From: Eukaryota sp. TZLM1-RC
Taxonomy: Eukaryota > Protista > Metamonada: BaSk clade
Reading direction: 5' to 3'
Length of the DNA: 64,000 bases
Assembly (NCBI GenBank): GCA_040285825.1
Contig: JAUPSS010000013.1
Coordinates: forward strand, 481,218-545,217
Shown here one piece after another: positions 36,852-48,324 of the stretch; position 1 is the stretch's first letter; each line of letters opens with the position of its first letter. The translations under genes and the position numbers were made by a program. Below the pieces are notes generated by a model that saw only the letters and a program-made list of their open reading frames with translations, searched no databases and had not been told where the DNA came from.

Positions 36852-38105
36852 CTAAACACTAACAAAATTCAATCTGAAATCACTACTCCTCCAATACAAA
36901 AGAGAAAAAAACAAGGCATTGTGCATAACCAAGAAAGCAAAAACTGATAAAATTTCCATTTGCAGAGGCATAAAGGTTTTTTGTTTCTTCTGACCCCCAA
37001 GCAACGTTGCACTTGGAGATTCCACAACATCAATCACATCATCATCCTTGACTTTGGTTGACTTTTGACCTACAACAATTCTACGTGAGCTACTGGTAGG
37101 GTCCTTTGTCAGTTTTCCAATCCCCATCCCAAAAGCCATCACTAACCCTCCTATTACCAAGCCAAACACAAAATCAGCAGCACTTGCTCTACTCTTCAGC
37201 GGTGACAGAGCTGCATGTCGTGGAGACAGAGGTTTGCATAAACAAGAGTAATGGAAAGCAAAGCAGGGAAGAAGGAAACCATAGACTAAATGGCATTTAC
37301 ACCAGAAGCGTATTGGTTTGATTACGGAAATTATTGTTAAAAACACTCCCAGAATAGTAACAATAATGAAACTAGTCCAGTTAACCAAATCTAGTGTATT
37401 CCAAGTTATCGTGGAAGGGGAATAGGGGGGTGCATAACAGCTTCCATCCATACAGGAACCACACCCTAGAGTGAGCACAAAGTTGATGGTTGAACCAAGG
37501 ATGACTGAGAGAAGGCCATTTAAGGCGCCCAGGAGACAATCAGAGGGATAATGGCAACCGAGCTGGATTCGAGCATGGGAGGACAGTAGAATGGCGATGA
37601 GTGGAATGAAAAAGGTTTTGGGGGTGAAGAGAGAAGATGGAGAGGAAGGGTCAAGATTTATAGAGTAGACGATGGTACAAGCATAGACAGCAGCACAGGT
37701 GACAGCACGGGAAGGGAAAGAGGATGTTTTGGGTTTGGAATGGGGAGCAGCACGACCAACCATATAGGGACGAGGACGCCATAAGAAACGCTTAGGGATC
37801 TGGGAGAAGCAGCAGACGATAAAAACAAGATGGCTTGTTTCACCTTCGATAGGGTCGAGGCCAGCTGCGAGGAGCACGATGGCGGCAACCATGCCAAACT
37901 CAACGGTGGTGAAGAATGTGAGGATAAGGTCAAAGACCAGCCAGAATCGATTGAAGAAGGACTGAAGGAAGCGAATAATGCCATCATCGAAACGACGCCA
38001 GAAGTTTTCAAAAGAAGTGGGAACATGGGTGATATACTTAGCAGGAGGTGAAAGAAAGTAGATCGTGGAGGTACCATTCCTCATACCATTGAGTTGGTCG
38101 AGCAT
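36852..38105 (-). CDS. PAP2-superfamily integral membrane phosphatase-like protein
   Basis: C1 KRFLWRPRP, C2-like SFPSRA, C3 ARIQLGCHYPSD; multiple transmembrane segments. Confidence 0.85.
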   Translation of the reverse strand: MLDQLNGMRNGTSTIYFLSPPAKYITHVPTSFENFWRRFDDGIIRFLQSFFNRFWLVFDLILTFFTTVEFGMVAAIVLLAAGLDPIEGETSHLVFIVCCFSQIPKRFLWRPRPYMVGRAAPHSKPKTSSFPSRAVTCAAVYACTIVYSINLDPSSPSSLFTPKTFFIPLIAILLSSHARIQLGCHYPSDCLLGALNGLLSVILGSTINFVLTLGCGSCMDGSCYAPPYSPSTITWNTLDLVNWTSFIIVTILGVFLTIISVIKPIRFWCKCHLVYGFLLPCFAFHYSCLCKPLSPRHAALSPLKSRASAADFVFGLVIGGLVMAFGMGIGKLTKDPTSSSRRIVVGQKSTKVKDDDVIDVVESPSATLLGGQKKQKTFMPLQMEILSVFAFLVMHNALFFSLLYWRSSDFRLNFVSV

Positions 38106-38320
38106 GAGGTTCAGTGGTTTATATTAATTCCTAACGTTAGAATCACTGAACTTGTTCGGCGAACGTGTGGAATTCAAACATTATTTATTCTTAAACTAAC
38201 CCTAGTCAAGTTCCAAACTACTTGAACTGGTTCTGCTCAGTTCATGCTCAAAGAGATTTCTGTTCAGTTCAATAATGTCATGTTCTTTTTTTCACCACTG
38301 TTTTGTAAATCGTATAAAAT

Positions 38321-39558
38321 TCCAGATCATGCTTACCTTAGTCCACAATATGGTGGTTTAGGGTGGACGAAGGCTTCTATTCTTACCTCGTGTGCTTTTG
38401 TTGGTGGATGCAGAAATGCAATCTTTGAGTTCTCCGAAAGATTTGCAGATTGGGAAGATTTATTGATGACAACGCAAAGTTCCACTGTTTTTGCATTAAA
38501 TGAAGAAATTTCAAGAATTGATGTAGAAAAATGGGGTCGATGTTTTCCCCAATCATTCAATGGCAATATTCCAGAAAAAAATGTTTTAAATTTGAAGTAC
38601 ACTCTTCGAACATTACAGAAAAGATTGACTGGAATGTATGAAAAAGATCTTTATAATAATATTTGCAGCTCGGCTGTTTTAAATCAAGATCTTCATTCAT
38701 TGTTATTGGAAAAGGGTGTTTGTGAAAACAAGGTGTCAGATTCTTCACTTTTTGTAACCATTGTACCACGAAGATTTGGATTGTGTGCTACTAATGAAGC
38801 ATTTGTAACAAAAATGAGATTATATTTGAACATCCCCATTAACCAATTATTATCAAAAGAAAAATGTATTTGTTCGAATTCACCTCAACTCACTTTGCGC
38901 CATGCTCTAAATTGCTCTAAATTGATAACTTATCGGTCTTCATTACATGATGCTGTTAGAGACACTGTTTTCAATATGGCACAAACTGCAAGGATATCGT
39001 GTATCAAAGAGCCCCTGCTGAAAGAAACACTTTCTCTGAATAATTTTGGTTCTGATGATAGAGGTGATGTATACTGTGATTGGATTGATAATTCTGAAGC
39101 TATTGTTGACTTTGTCTCATGTAATGTTGCAAACGATACTTTGGTTCACAGAAGAAAACTTAATCCTGTGGCTGCTCTGGATTTTAAAGCAAAAGAAAAA
39201 CATAGAAAATATGATAAAGAAATTGAAGATGTAAATATCGATAGAAATACACAGCTGGTTTTTATTGCTTTTCCATTTTCGATAAATGGAAGATTATCAG
39301 TTGAAGCAGAAACTTTGTTGGATGACTTCCAAAAAATGGTGAAAGAAAAAACAATGAAAAGATTTGATATTTTTTTATGGCGTTCACGGATTCAATTTGC
39401 CATTATTAATAGATTACCGCGGTTTTTCAATCGAATTAGAGAAGCTTTAGCTAGACAGCAAGCAAATCAAGATTTTGTAGAGGAAATCTTGGTTTAATGA
39501 TAGTCGTCCCATTAGTTATGATTTAATTTAATCAAGTGTGCAAATTCAATAAATTAAT
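38321..39558 (+). mobile_element. Young 5'-truncated family B copy, ORF intact
   Basis: Nearly identical to 31490-32730; 15-bp TSD taaatcgtataaaat (38306-38320, 39559-39573). Confidence 0.95.
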
Positions 39559-39599
39559 TAAATCGTATAAAATCCATGGAATATTTTATTTTCTTTAAT

Positions 39600-40292
39600 A
39601 ATATTTATTCATTAAAAAAGTTATGAATCAACATTTAAATCATCCATCTCTCCCAAAACAAAACAACTAGATGCAACTTTCTCATAGTGAGATCCAAGAG
39701 AAAGCAAAGCATCAGAAACCATCATCAACATCCCCATAAAAAGAGAAAACACAATTCTATTTTGCCAAAACAATCTGTTGAAATTTCTGTTAGTTCTTCT
39801 CTTTACAACCATTTCAAAATCTGCCAAAAAATGTAAAGCCGTGGGAGCAAGTGACCCAAAAAGAAAAATACAAATGGATACAAATTGTATTATGCATGCT
39901 GTTGGGTAGGCAATTTGGACAATGGTTAACTGTATTTTTTGATTTTAAAGTTTTCAGCACTTGAAAAAGGATTATGGATTTCAGGATTAGCGATATTGAT
40001 CAACACAAACATAAGGATCAACAGACATCACCTCTATTATTCTTATGAAAATCATCTTCAACATCAAACAGATTTGACAACAGATGTTCCAAAAAGGATT
40101 CAATTCTATGAGATTTAAACATACAATATAACTGGTCTGTTACAGCGTCATGAACCTTTCTTCTAAAAGTAATAAAATGTTTGCAATTCAACAAATGAGT
40201 AATTGTAAATTCTCGAGAACATTTACAAATTAAATCATGAGGTAAATTATCAGGCCAGATAAATGAACGAAATCTCATATTTCAAAGTCCAG
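39600..40292 (-). mobile_element. Diverged family A 3' fragment
   Basis: MRFRSFIWPDNLPH..HKNNRGDV and FWQNRIVFSLF. Confidence 0.9.
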
Positions 40293-41277
40293 TCCGAGGA
40301 AGAGGAATTGCATTAACAACTTCGGGGATCGGTGCTCAAAATTTCAACAATCAGGTGCACTTTGCGCACTGAGTGTTTTACCAGGTGAAAGTGTTGAGAC
40401 GCTAATTTATAGCCCCATTACTTGTGATGTTGTTGTTTTCCGACCCTAACTGTCTAATTTTGGTTATGTTCTATTATCAACCGCTATTAGTTATTTACAG
40501 TGTACGTGATGCCACGTCATCACCAGTTTATGTGAACAGAATTACTTTTCTCTCATTATTCCCGTTCCGTGATATAAACCCCTGTTTCATAGTTTCTGTT
40601 TATTCAAGGTTTCCTTGATGCTAGTGAACCCCACACCAGTCTTTCATCCGTGATTCAATTCTCAATTTGACAAGTAAATGGTTTAATAAGACCATATAGT
40701 TATATATTATAGTTATATATTGGTGCTCTCCAACACTGGTCGCAAAAATGTCAAAATTGTCTATTTTAAATTTGTTGAAATTAAAATTACATTGTTCTAG
40801 GTGTTTTAAGTATAATTTTTTGTTAATAAGCATAACCAAAAACAATTCATCTCATCCTTCTTTATCTCCATCTGTCAAGTCATCGACCTTATCGAAGTTG
40901 CACATAAAATTGCCTGAACTATCGACGTTGAATAGTTTACATCAAATAGGGTTCTATGAATATTAAATTATGCTGATAGTTGACAAAAAATGCCAGTTGT
41001 AATTTTTCTCTTTGGGAATGTGAATACCAAAAGAAAAACACAATCTATCAGCACTGTGTAAACTTTGGGAAACTAAAACTTTGGGCAAATTGCCAAACAA
41101 AGTAAAGATAATCTATCTTAAACGTAGAGAGAACATCAACTGGGCTAGTGACGTCCTCAGAATGACCTTGAAACAACTTGACTTACATTAACAGACCAAT
41201 TCTGTCTGGATGAACAAATCAAGTGTCTTTTTGAGGATTAATTTATGTTTTCTTGCCTCTCAATTTAAAACCATAAT

Positions 41278-42009
41278 ATGGAGCATCCACCACCACCAGC
41301 ACCCTCTCAAATTGATACTCACTACGATCTAGATGTTTCTCATGAAAAACGATCTTTTTGGTTGGTTGGTCTTCCTTCTTCTATAGTTCATGCGTGGAAT
41401 GATGTGCAAGATTCAAATACTCAGGTTGGTACTTTACGTGTGATACATCGTTCGGGTAAACCACCTGAATATCAGATCGTTTCTCACATCGATGTCCCTA
41501 ATCTACCTTCAGAGTACACCTTCAATCGACAACATCAAGCCTCTCAGCTAAGGGTGTTTTCAAAGGACAACATTGCCAAGAAGGCTGCTATAGAGGGTTC
41601 TATTACCGACAGATATCGCTGTCTCCCAATCAAAAACAAAACAATTATCAAGAAAATATCAGAACACCGTCGTGTTGTCCAACAACATCGACCACGATCC
41701 CGTGTCTATGATAGCCGGGCTAACATCGTTCCCATGGGCGGACTGGGTATGGTTAGGGAACATAGGATCGCTGTGGGTGGCGAGAAACGAACAGAGAAGC
41801 GAATCCGTGCTGAAAGAGATGTTGTCAAGAATCTTTTGTTTCAACTATTCAACAGAAAGGACTTTTGGTCTCTTTCCGAACTTGTGGATGAAACCGACCA
41901 ACCACAAGCCTGGTTGAGAGATGTTTTGGATGATATATGTATTAGGATCATATCTGGTCCTAATAAGGATCTGTATGAGTTGAAACCAGAGTATAAATAT
42001 ATTGAATAA
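41278..42009 (+). CDS. GTF2F2: Transcription initiation factor TFIIF beta subunit (RAP30)
   Basis: N-terminal WLVGLP..AW; C-terminal winged helix KRIRAERDVVKNLLFQLF..WSLSELVDETDQPQAWLRDVL..GPNKDLYELKPEYK. Confidence 0.92.
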   Translation: MEHPPPPAPSQIDTHYDLDVSHEKRSFWLVGLPSSIVHAWNDVQDSNTQVGTLRVIHRSGKPPEYQIVSHIDVPNLPSEYTFNRQHQASQLRVFSKDNIAKKAAIEGSITDRYRCLPIKNKTIIKKISEHRRVVQQHRPRSRVYDSRANIVPMGGLGMVREHRIAVGGEKRTEKRIRAERDVVKNLLFQLFNRKDFWSLSELVDETDQPQAWLRDVLDDICIRIISGPNKDLYELKPEYKYIE

Positions 42010-42139
42010 ACGAGCAGTTTTTGCTTGTTCATTAGACAAATAGAGGAGGATTATGGTGAAATATCTAGTGGTGTTGTGGAGTATAATAAAAACATAATCA
42101 ACACTTCAATTCATTACTGACTCTGTAATTAAGATTAAA

Positions 42140-42435
42140 TTGCGATGGGCAGAAAACCATATGATTAATCAAATTTATTGTTAACTGAGTTGTTCCACGA
42201 GGTAGTCCGTAGTGCCTTCAATCGAACTGAAAACTAGTCTTTAGTCTGCTCAAATGAACTAGTCCGTAGTGCATTTGAATGAACTAAGGACTAGAGATTA
42301 GTTCGTTCGTTTCTCGTCGGTTGATTGGCCAGTCTAGTCAATTGTATGTCCGTTTAGTTTCAGAGTAGGCTAGTCCGTAGTTCGTTCGAACGGACTAGTT
42401 CGTAGTCCGATTGATCCAGACGATGCCCATCTCTA
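42140..42435. mobile_element. hAT-like MITE or transposon end with subterminal repeats
   Basis: Right end gcccatctcta (reverse complement tagagatgggc); degenerate left end ttgcgatgggca; internal tagt(c/t)cgtagt x4; no TSD found. Confidence 0.45.
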
Positions 42436-42861
42436 TGGGGCAGAAAAAGGTTTGAATTTAATACTTTAAATGTCAAGTGATACCTTCACTACATGGTTAT
42501 ATTCCCTTTTTCATAATGTGCTGTGAAACAAACAGTTATACAGTAACACACAAAAAAATAACACATTGTAGCTTTTCTTGTGAAATTCCACATCAAGTAT
42601 GCTAGTTACTAACAACTCAAAGGTGTCTTGGACTTTCTGTTGTTATTAAGTCATAATTTTCAAATAAAGTTGGCCAAAATTAAAAACCATTTAGTTGTAA
42701 GTAATGTTTTTTGGTTAAGCTAATTTGATAACATGTAAACTTCTGATAACAGAAAACAGATTGTAAATGATTAAAGACGCTTGCAAATGTATAGAATCTT
42801 TGGGCGAGGGCTTTCACTAAGTCTGTTTTCCATTATCTTTTTTGGCTTAGCCAAGACGAAG

Positions 42862-43275
42862 GTTCACAGAGGAAAACTTAATACTGAGGCTGCTCCGGAT
42901 TTTAAGCAAAAGAGAAACATAGAACATATGATAAAGGTATTGAAGAGGCTAATGTCGATAGAAATACACAGCTGGTTTTTATTGCTTTCCCATTTTCGAT
43001 AATGGTGGATTATCAGTTGAAGCAGAAACTTTTTTGAATGCCTTCCAAAAAATGGTGCAAGAAAAAGCAATGAAAAGATTTGATATTTTTTATGGCATTC
43101 ACGGATTCAATTTGCCATTACTAATAGATTACCTCGATTTTTAAATAGAATAAGAGAAGCTTTAGCTAGACAGCAAGCAGATCATGATTTTGTAGGGGAA
43201 ATCTTGGTTCAATGATAGTCATCCTATTAGTTATGAGTTAATTTAATTAAGTGCGCAAATTCAATAAATATAAAT
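42862..43275 (+). mobile_element. Family B 3' fragment
   Basis: Matches ~32315-32730 and ends gcaaattcaataaatataaat. Confidence 0.88.
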
Positions 43276-43625
43276 TTGTCAAAAATTGCCAATGAATATT
43301 ACCTATTTCCCATTGGTCATCGTTACTAGGTGGCATTTCACACAACATATTTCACATATTTGTTACGATCTATATGTGCCCCATCTAGACCACCATTTAT
43401 TACTCAATTTTGGACATATCGTGCTACATAAGAATCCCCATAACGAAAATGACACTTCATGCAAAGACATCATACACCTGGACCCGTTTATTACAATCCA
43501 GGACTTCCCTCCAAGCAAATCTTTGGCCAATCACGCCTTTCCACAGCTCCTCCCCGAACAACTTTCTCTTCCGACGCCTCCACCGCCCCAGTAGTAGGCG
43601 CATATAAACTACCACTGAGAATTAG

Positions 43626-44519
43626 ATGGAAACTCTCCCCGATAACGACTTTGGTTGTTCCACATGTGCTTTCATCATTAGTGCCTTGGAAGCCAAACTT
43701 GACGATGATGCCACCCGTGAAGAAATTCGTGAAGCTCTCATGCATGTCTGTAAGAATGTTGGATCACTCCTCCGTCCCATGTGTGAAGAAATAATGGAAG
43801 CATATTCTGACTCCATTTTTGACCTTTTATTGGCCAAGTACCCCGTACAAAAGATTTGTGAAGAAATCAAGTTGTGCAAGAAAAAGATGGAAACTGCAAC
43901 CGAGAACAATTCTATTCAATGTTCAATCTGTACCTGGGTCATTGATAACATTCAAGCCAAGATCACTAATGAAACCACTGAAGAAGAAATCATCCAATTC
44001 GTTTAACAAGTTTGCAATGTTGTTCCCCATTCCATGCAAACCGTCTGCCACAATATGATTCAAGAATATGGCCATATGATCATTGAAATGCTTGTCGATC
44101 GATTCCCTCCTGAAGTTGTATGCTCATCTATTGGTCTCTGTAAGGAACCCATTAAACAAGCTGCTGACAATGACCTCGGTTGTACAGTATGTGTCTGGAT
44201 TGTAGAATGGGTGGAGAACCAAATTGATGAATCCTATACCAGGGAACAAATCAAGGAAGTTGTTCTCAAAGTTTGTGACCATGTTCCTCATTTGATGAAG
44301 GCCTACTGTGTAGATTTCATTGAAAATTATGCTGATGTCTTCATTGATTACCTTCTCCAATCTTATACTCCTGACTTTATTTGTCAAAAGATGAGTCTTT
44401 GCACTGTTAAATTTGAAAGTCGTTCTCTTATACTCCTGACTTTCGAATGGATTTCAAACGATTTAAAAAACAGTGGTGAAAAAAAGAACATGACCCTTAA
44501 CAATGATGTGGCATTCTAG
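43626..44519 (+). pseudogene. Prosaposin-like gene, three saposin-B domains, in-frame TAA at 44004-44006
   Basis: Three six-Cys domains (CSTC..VCK..MCE..ICEEIKLC; CSIC..VCSSIGLC; CTVC..ICQKMSLC). The two ORFs share one frame; no signal peptide. Confidence 0.85.
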
Positions 44520-44760
44520 GAACTGCGGAATCAATGAAACATCGTCCATTCATGGTATAATACATTGGAACACTATTGAACCCAGGAAGCTCAATCTTGT
44601 ATCTTCCTAGAAACTGGCAATAAGGTAGATCATCTACATTACAAACATCAGGTCTTTCTTCTTTATAAACTCCCAACATGTAGATGTCTCTGGGATGGAA
44701 CTCCACGGCTTGCACGAAATGTGCCTTGTTGTTAGTTAGCCCGTCAACAACACCATCAGC
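44497..44760 (-). pseudogene. C-terminal fragment of a conserved uncharacterised eukaryotic protein (recalled as At1g70160-like)
   Basis: VEFHPRDIY..PDVC..DDLPYCQFLGRYKIELPGFNSV..MNGRC; cut off by the LRR array. Confidence 0.45.
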
Positions 44761-46387
44761 TCTGACTAGATTAAATCTTGGGGGCAACAACATTACCTCT
44801 GAAGGCGCTAGTGCTCTCGCCCGTGCTCTGGAGAGCAATTCCTCTCTGACTGAATTGGATCTTCACTCCAACAACATTACCGCTGAAGGTGCTAGTGCTC
44901 TCGCCCATGCTCTGGAGAGCAATTCCACTCTGACTACATTATATCTTGGGGGCAACAACATTACCTCTGAAGGCGCTAGTGCTCTCGCCCGTGCTCTGGA
45001 GAGTAATTCCACTTTGACTACATTGGATCTCAGGTGCAACAACATTACCGATGAAGGCGCTAGTGCTCTCGCCCGTGCTCTGGAGAGCAATTCCTCTCTG
45101 ACTACATTGGATCTTTTGTGCAACAATATTGCCTCTGAAGGCGCTAGTGCTCTCGCCCATGCTCTGGAGAGCAATTCCACTCTGACTACATTATATCTTG
45201 GGGGCAACAACATTACCTCTGAAGGCGCTAGTGCTCTCGCCCGTGCTCTGGAGAGTAATTCCACTTTGACTACATTGGATCTCAGGTGCAACAACATTAC
45301 CGATGAGGGCGCTAGTGCTCTCGCCCGTGCTCTGGAGAGCAATTCCTCTCTGACTAAATTGGATCTTTTGTGCAACAATATTGCCTCTGAAGGCGCTAGT
45401 GCTCTCGCCCATGCTCTGGAGAGCAATTCCACTCTGACTACATTATATCTTGGGGGCAACAACATTACCTCTGAAGGCGCTAGTGCTCTCGCCCGTGCTC
45501 TGGAGAGTAATTCCACTTTGACTACATTGGATCTCAGGTGCAACAACATTACCGATGAGGGCGCTAGTGCTCTCGCCCGTGCTCTGGAGAGCAATTCCTC
45601 TCTGACTACATAGGATCTTTTGTGCAACAATATTGCCTCTGAAGGCGCTAGTGCTCTCGCCCATGCTCTGGAGAGCAATTCCACTCTGACTACATTATAT
45701 CTTGGGGGCAACAACATTACCTCTGAAGGCGCTAGTGCTCTCGCCCGTGCTCTGGAGAGTAATTCCACTTTGACTACATTGGATCTCAGGTGCAACAACA
45801 TTACCGATGAAGGCGCTAGTGCTCTCGCCCGTGCTCTAGAGAGCAATTCCACTCTGACTGAATTGTATCTTGGGGTCAACAACATTACCGCTGAAGGCGC
45901 TAGTGCTCTCGCCCGTGCTCTGGAGAGCAATTCCTCTCTGACTACATAGGATCTTTTGTGCAACAATATTGCCTCTGAAGGCGCTAGTGCTCTCGCCCAT
46001 GCTCTGGAGAGCAATTCCACTCTGACTACATTATATCTTGGGGGCAACAACATTACCTCTGAAGGCGCTAGTGCTCTCGCCCGTGCTCTGGAGAGTAATT
46101 CCACTTTGACTACATTGGATCTCAGGTGCAACAACATTACCGATGAAGGCGCTAGTGCTCTCGCCCGTGCTCTAGAGAGCAATTCCACTCTGACTGAATT
46201 GTATCTTGGGGTCAACAACATTACCGCTGAAGGCGCTAGTGCTCTCGCCCGTGCTCTGGAGAGCAATTCCTCTCTGACTACATTGAATCTTTGGTGCAAC
46301 AACATTACCGCTGAAGGCGCTAGTGCTCTCGCCCGTGCTCTGGAGAGCAATTCCTCTCTGACTGAATTGGATCTTCACTCCAACATT
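44760..46387 (+). repeat. Orphan 84-bp LRR array (~19.4 units, RI/NLRC3-like 28-aa repeats) with two TAG stops
   Basis: Unit LTxLxLxxNNITxEGASALARALESNS[ST]; TTG>TAG at 45611-45613 and 45947-45949; no N-terminal domain and no C-cap. Confidence 0.95.
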
Positions 46388-46738
46388 CCTTTTGTGAGAA
46401 ATTGCGGTATTTTTAACAACAATATTGATTTTCTACCCAGAATCAAATCAAACTAAAGCACATAAGAAACAAAAATATTTGGGAGCGCTTCTGTACACAG
46501 CGAAAATTGTTACCACTTGAACGACACAAATTACCAAAATCATTGATAAAATGCAAGGCGAACTGTCCAATGTTGACAAAAATCGAAAAGGCAAATGGAA
46601 CAAACGAAAACTTTGAGTAATGATTCTTATTTAAATCATTTAATATCTCTGTATATTTATCCTTTTTACGATCTTCAGCCTTGTTTAAATGACCATTAGC
46701 ACTAGGTAAAACATCATCACGATAAATAAAAAAAGCGA
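46387..46738 (-). mobile_element. Family C 3' fragment, direct repeat of 52739-53088
   Basis: YRDDVLPSANGHLNKAEDRKKDKY..FVPFAFSIF. Confidence 0.85.
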
Positions 46739-48324
46739 ATAGAAGCTGTTTCTGATCAAATTTCGAAATATTCAATTTAAAAGACTTAAATTTAATTAAC
46801 CAAAGTGTTGCCCCGCTTTTGAGTGTCCATAGATTTTTAACACTAGAACAGAGATACCTTTTTACCAATTTGGATGGAATGAGGTAACGGCAGAAATTAG
46901 TTGTATTATTTTGAAGAATAACTTTAAATGCCACAGTGCTTTTTTTTAAATTTAATTTTATTCTAAACCTATAAATCAACATCTAAAAAATCCATCTCTC
47001 CCAAAACAAAAACACTAGATGCAACTCTCTCATAGTGAGATCCAAGAGAAAGCAAAGCATGAGAAACCATCTTCAACATCCCCTTAAAAATAGAAAACAC
47101 AATTCTATTTTGCCAAAACAATCTGTTGAACTTTCTGCCAGTTCTTCTCTTTACAATCATTTCAAAATCATCCAAAAAACGTAAAGCAGTTGGTGTAAGT
47201 GAACCAAAAAGGGAAAATACAAATGGATACAAATTGTATTTTTCATGCTGTAGACTGGCCAATTTGGACAAAGGTTCATTGTATTTTTTGAATTTAAAAT
47301 TTTCAGTATTTGAAAGGGGATTATGAATTTCAGAATTAACAGGCCTTTCATTTGAGGCATTACAAGGATTAACAGACATTACATCCAATAAAATTAAGCT
47401 TCCATCTAATCCAGGTAATATGACATCACCTCTATTATTCTTATGAAAATCATTTTCAGCATCAAACAGATTTGACAACAGAGGTTCCAAGAAGGATTCA
47501 ATTCTATGAAATTTACACATACAATATAACTGGTCTCTTACAGCATCATGAACCTTGCTTCTAAAAGTAATAAAATGTTTACAATTTAACAAATGAGTAG
47601 TTGTAATTTCTCGAGAACATTTACAAATTAAATTATGAGGTAAATTATCAGGCCAGATAAAGAAACGAAATCTCATATTCAGAGTCCAAGCAGAATCGGA
47701 TAAGAGAGTACCATGAACTTGTGGAATTGTTGTTACTAAGGCAGAGATACTATCGCACATATCTTGTAAAAGATTTGCAAAAGCGGGATTCTTTTTCTTG
47801 GCCAAGCCAAGTCTAACATCAAAATCCAAGCTTTCAAAAATCTTTGACAATTTTTGTTGAAGCTTTTTACAGCAAAACTGTAAATTAAATAGAAATCGGT
47901 TTGGAATTTCTTGAATTGATTGAGGAAAACATTTGGTCCAAATTTGTGGCGGTAAATTTTCAAGTTCACAAGATAACTCATACAAATAGGGACTACAATT
48001 GGGGACTAACAGATGAGAATCATCAGGAAATCTACGAGAAAATTTATAAATAAAATTTTTGCCACCACCCAAGAATGCTGATTGACACAAAATTGAAAAT
48101 TTAGTAAATCCAATACCCCCCAAATTTGCTGCAGAAAATAAGTGACTTTTCAACATTCCTGGTTCTACATCCAATAAATCAGCAAAAAATTCTGTTCTCA
48201 ATGAATTAAAAGAACGACAAAAATCTAATGCTATGGAAGGAGCACAAGATCTCAAAATGTGGGTTATTCTCCCAGTGTAGCAAATTTTAAGCATAAAAAA
48301 TTTAATATGCTTTTCTATATCTAA

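Noticed and set aside
38244-39497. Novel 417-aa host gene
   Set aside because: Chance in-frame ATG upstream of a truncated family B insertion bounded by a TSD.
44004-44006. Stop-codon reassignment suggested by in-frame TAA/TAG (also 2305, 24653, 45611, 45947)
   Set aside because: Conserved genes end at TAA/TAG in the expected places, and the stops replace different residues (Glu, Tyr, Leu), so they are mutations or errors.
44863-46350. 495-aa antisense ORF (LSRARARALAP repeats) and similar ORFs at 61730-63741
   Set aside because: By-product of a stop-free reverse frame in the repeated 84-bp unit; the sense frame is a canonical LRR.
44760-46387. CRISPR-like array
   Set aside because: Variable parts are a few in-frame codons, not unique spacers; no cas genes; eukaryotic context.
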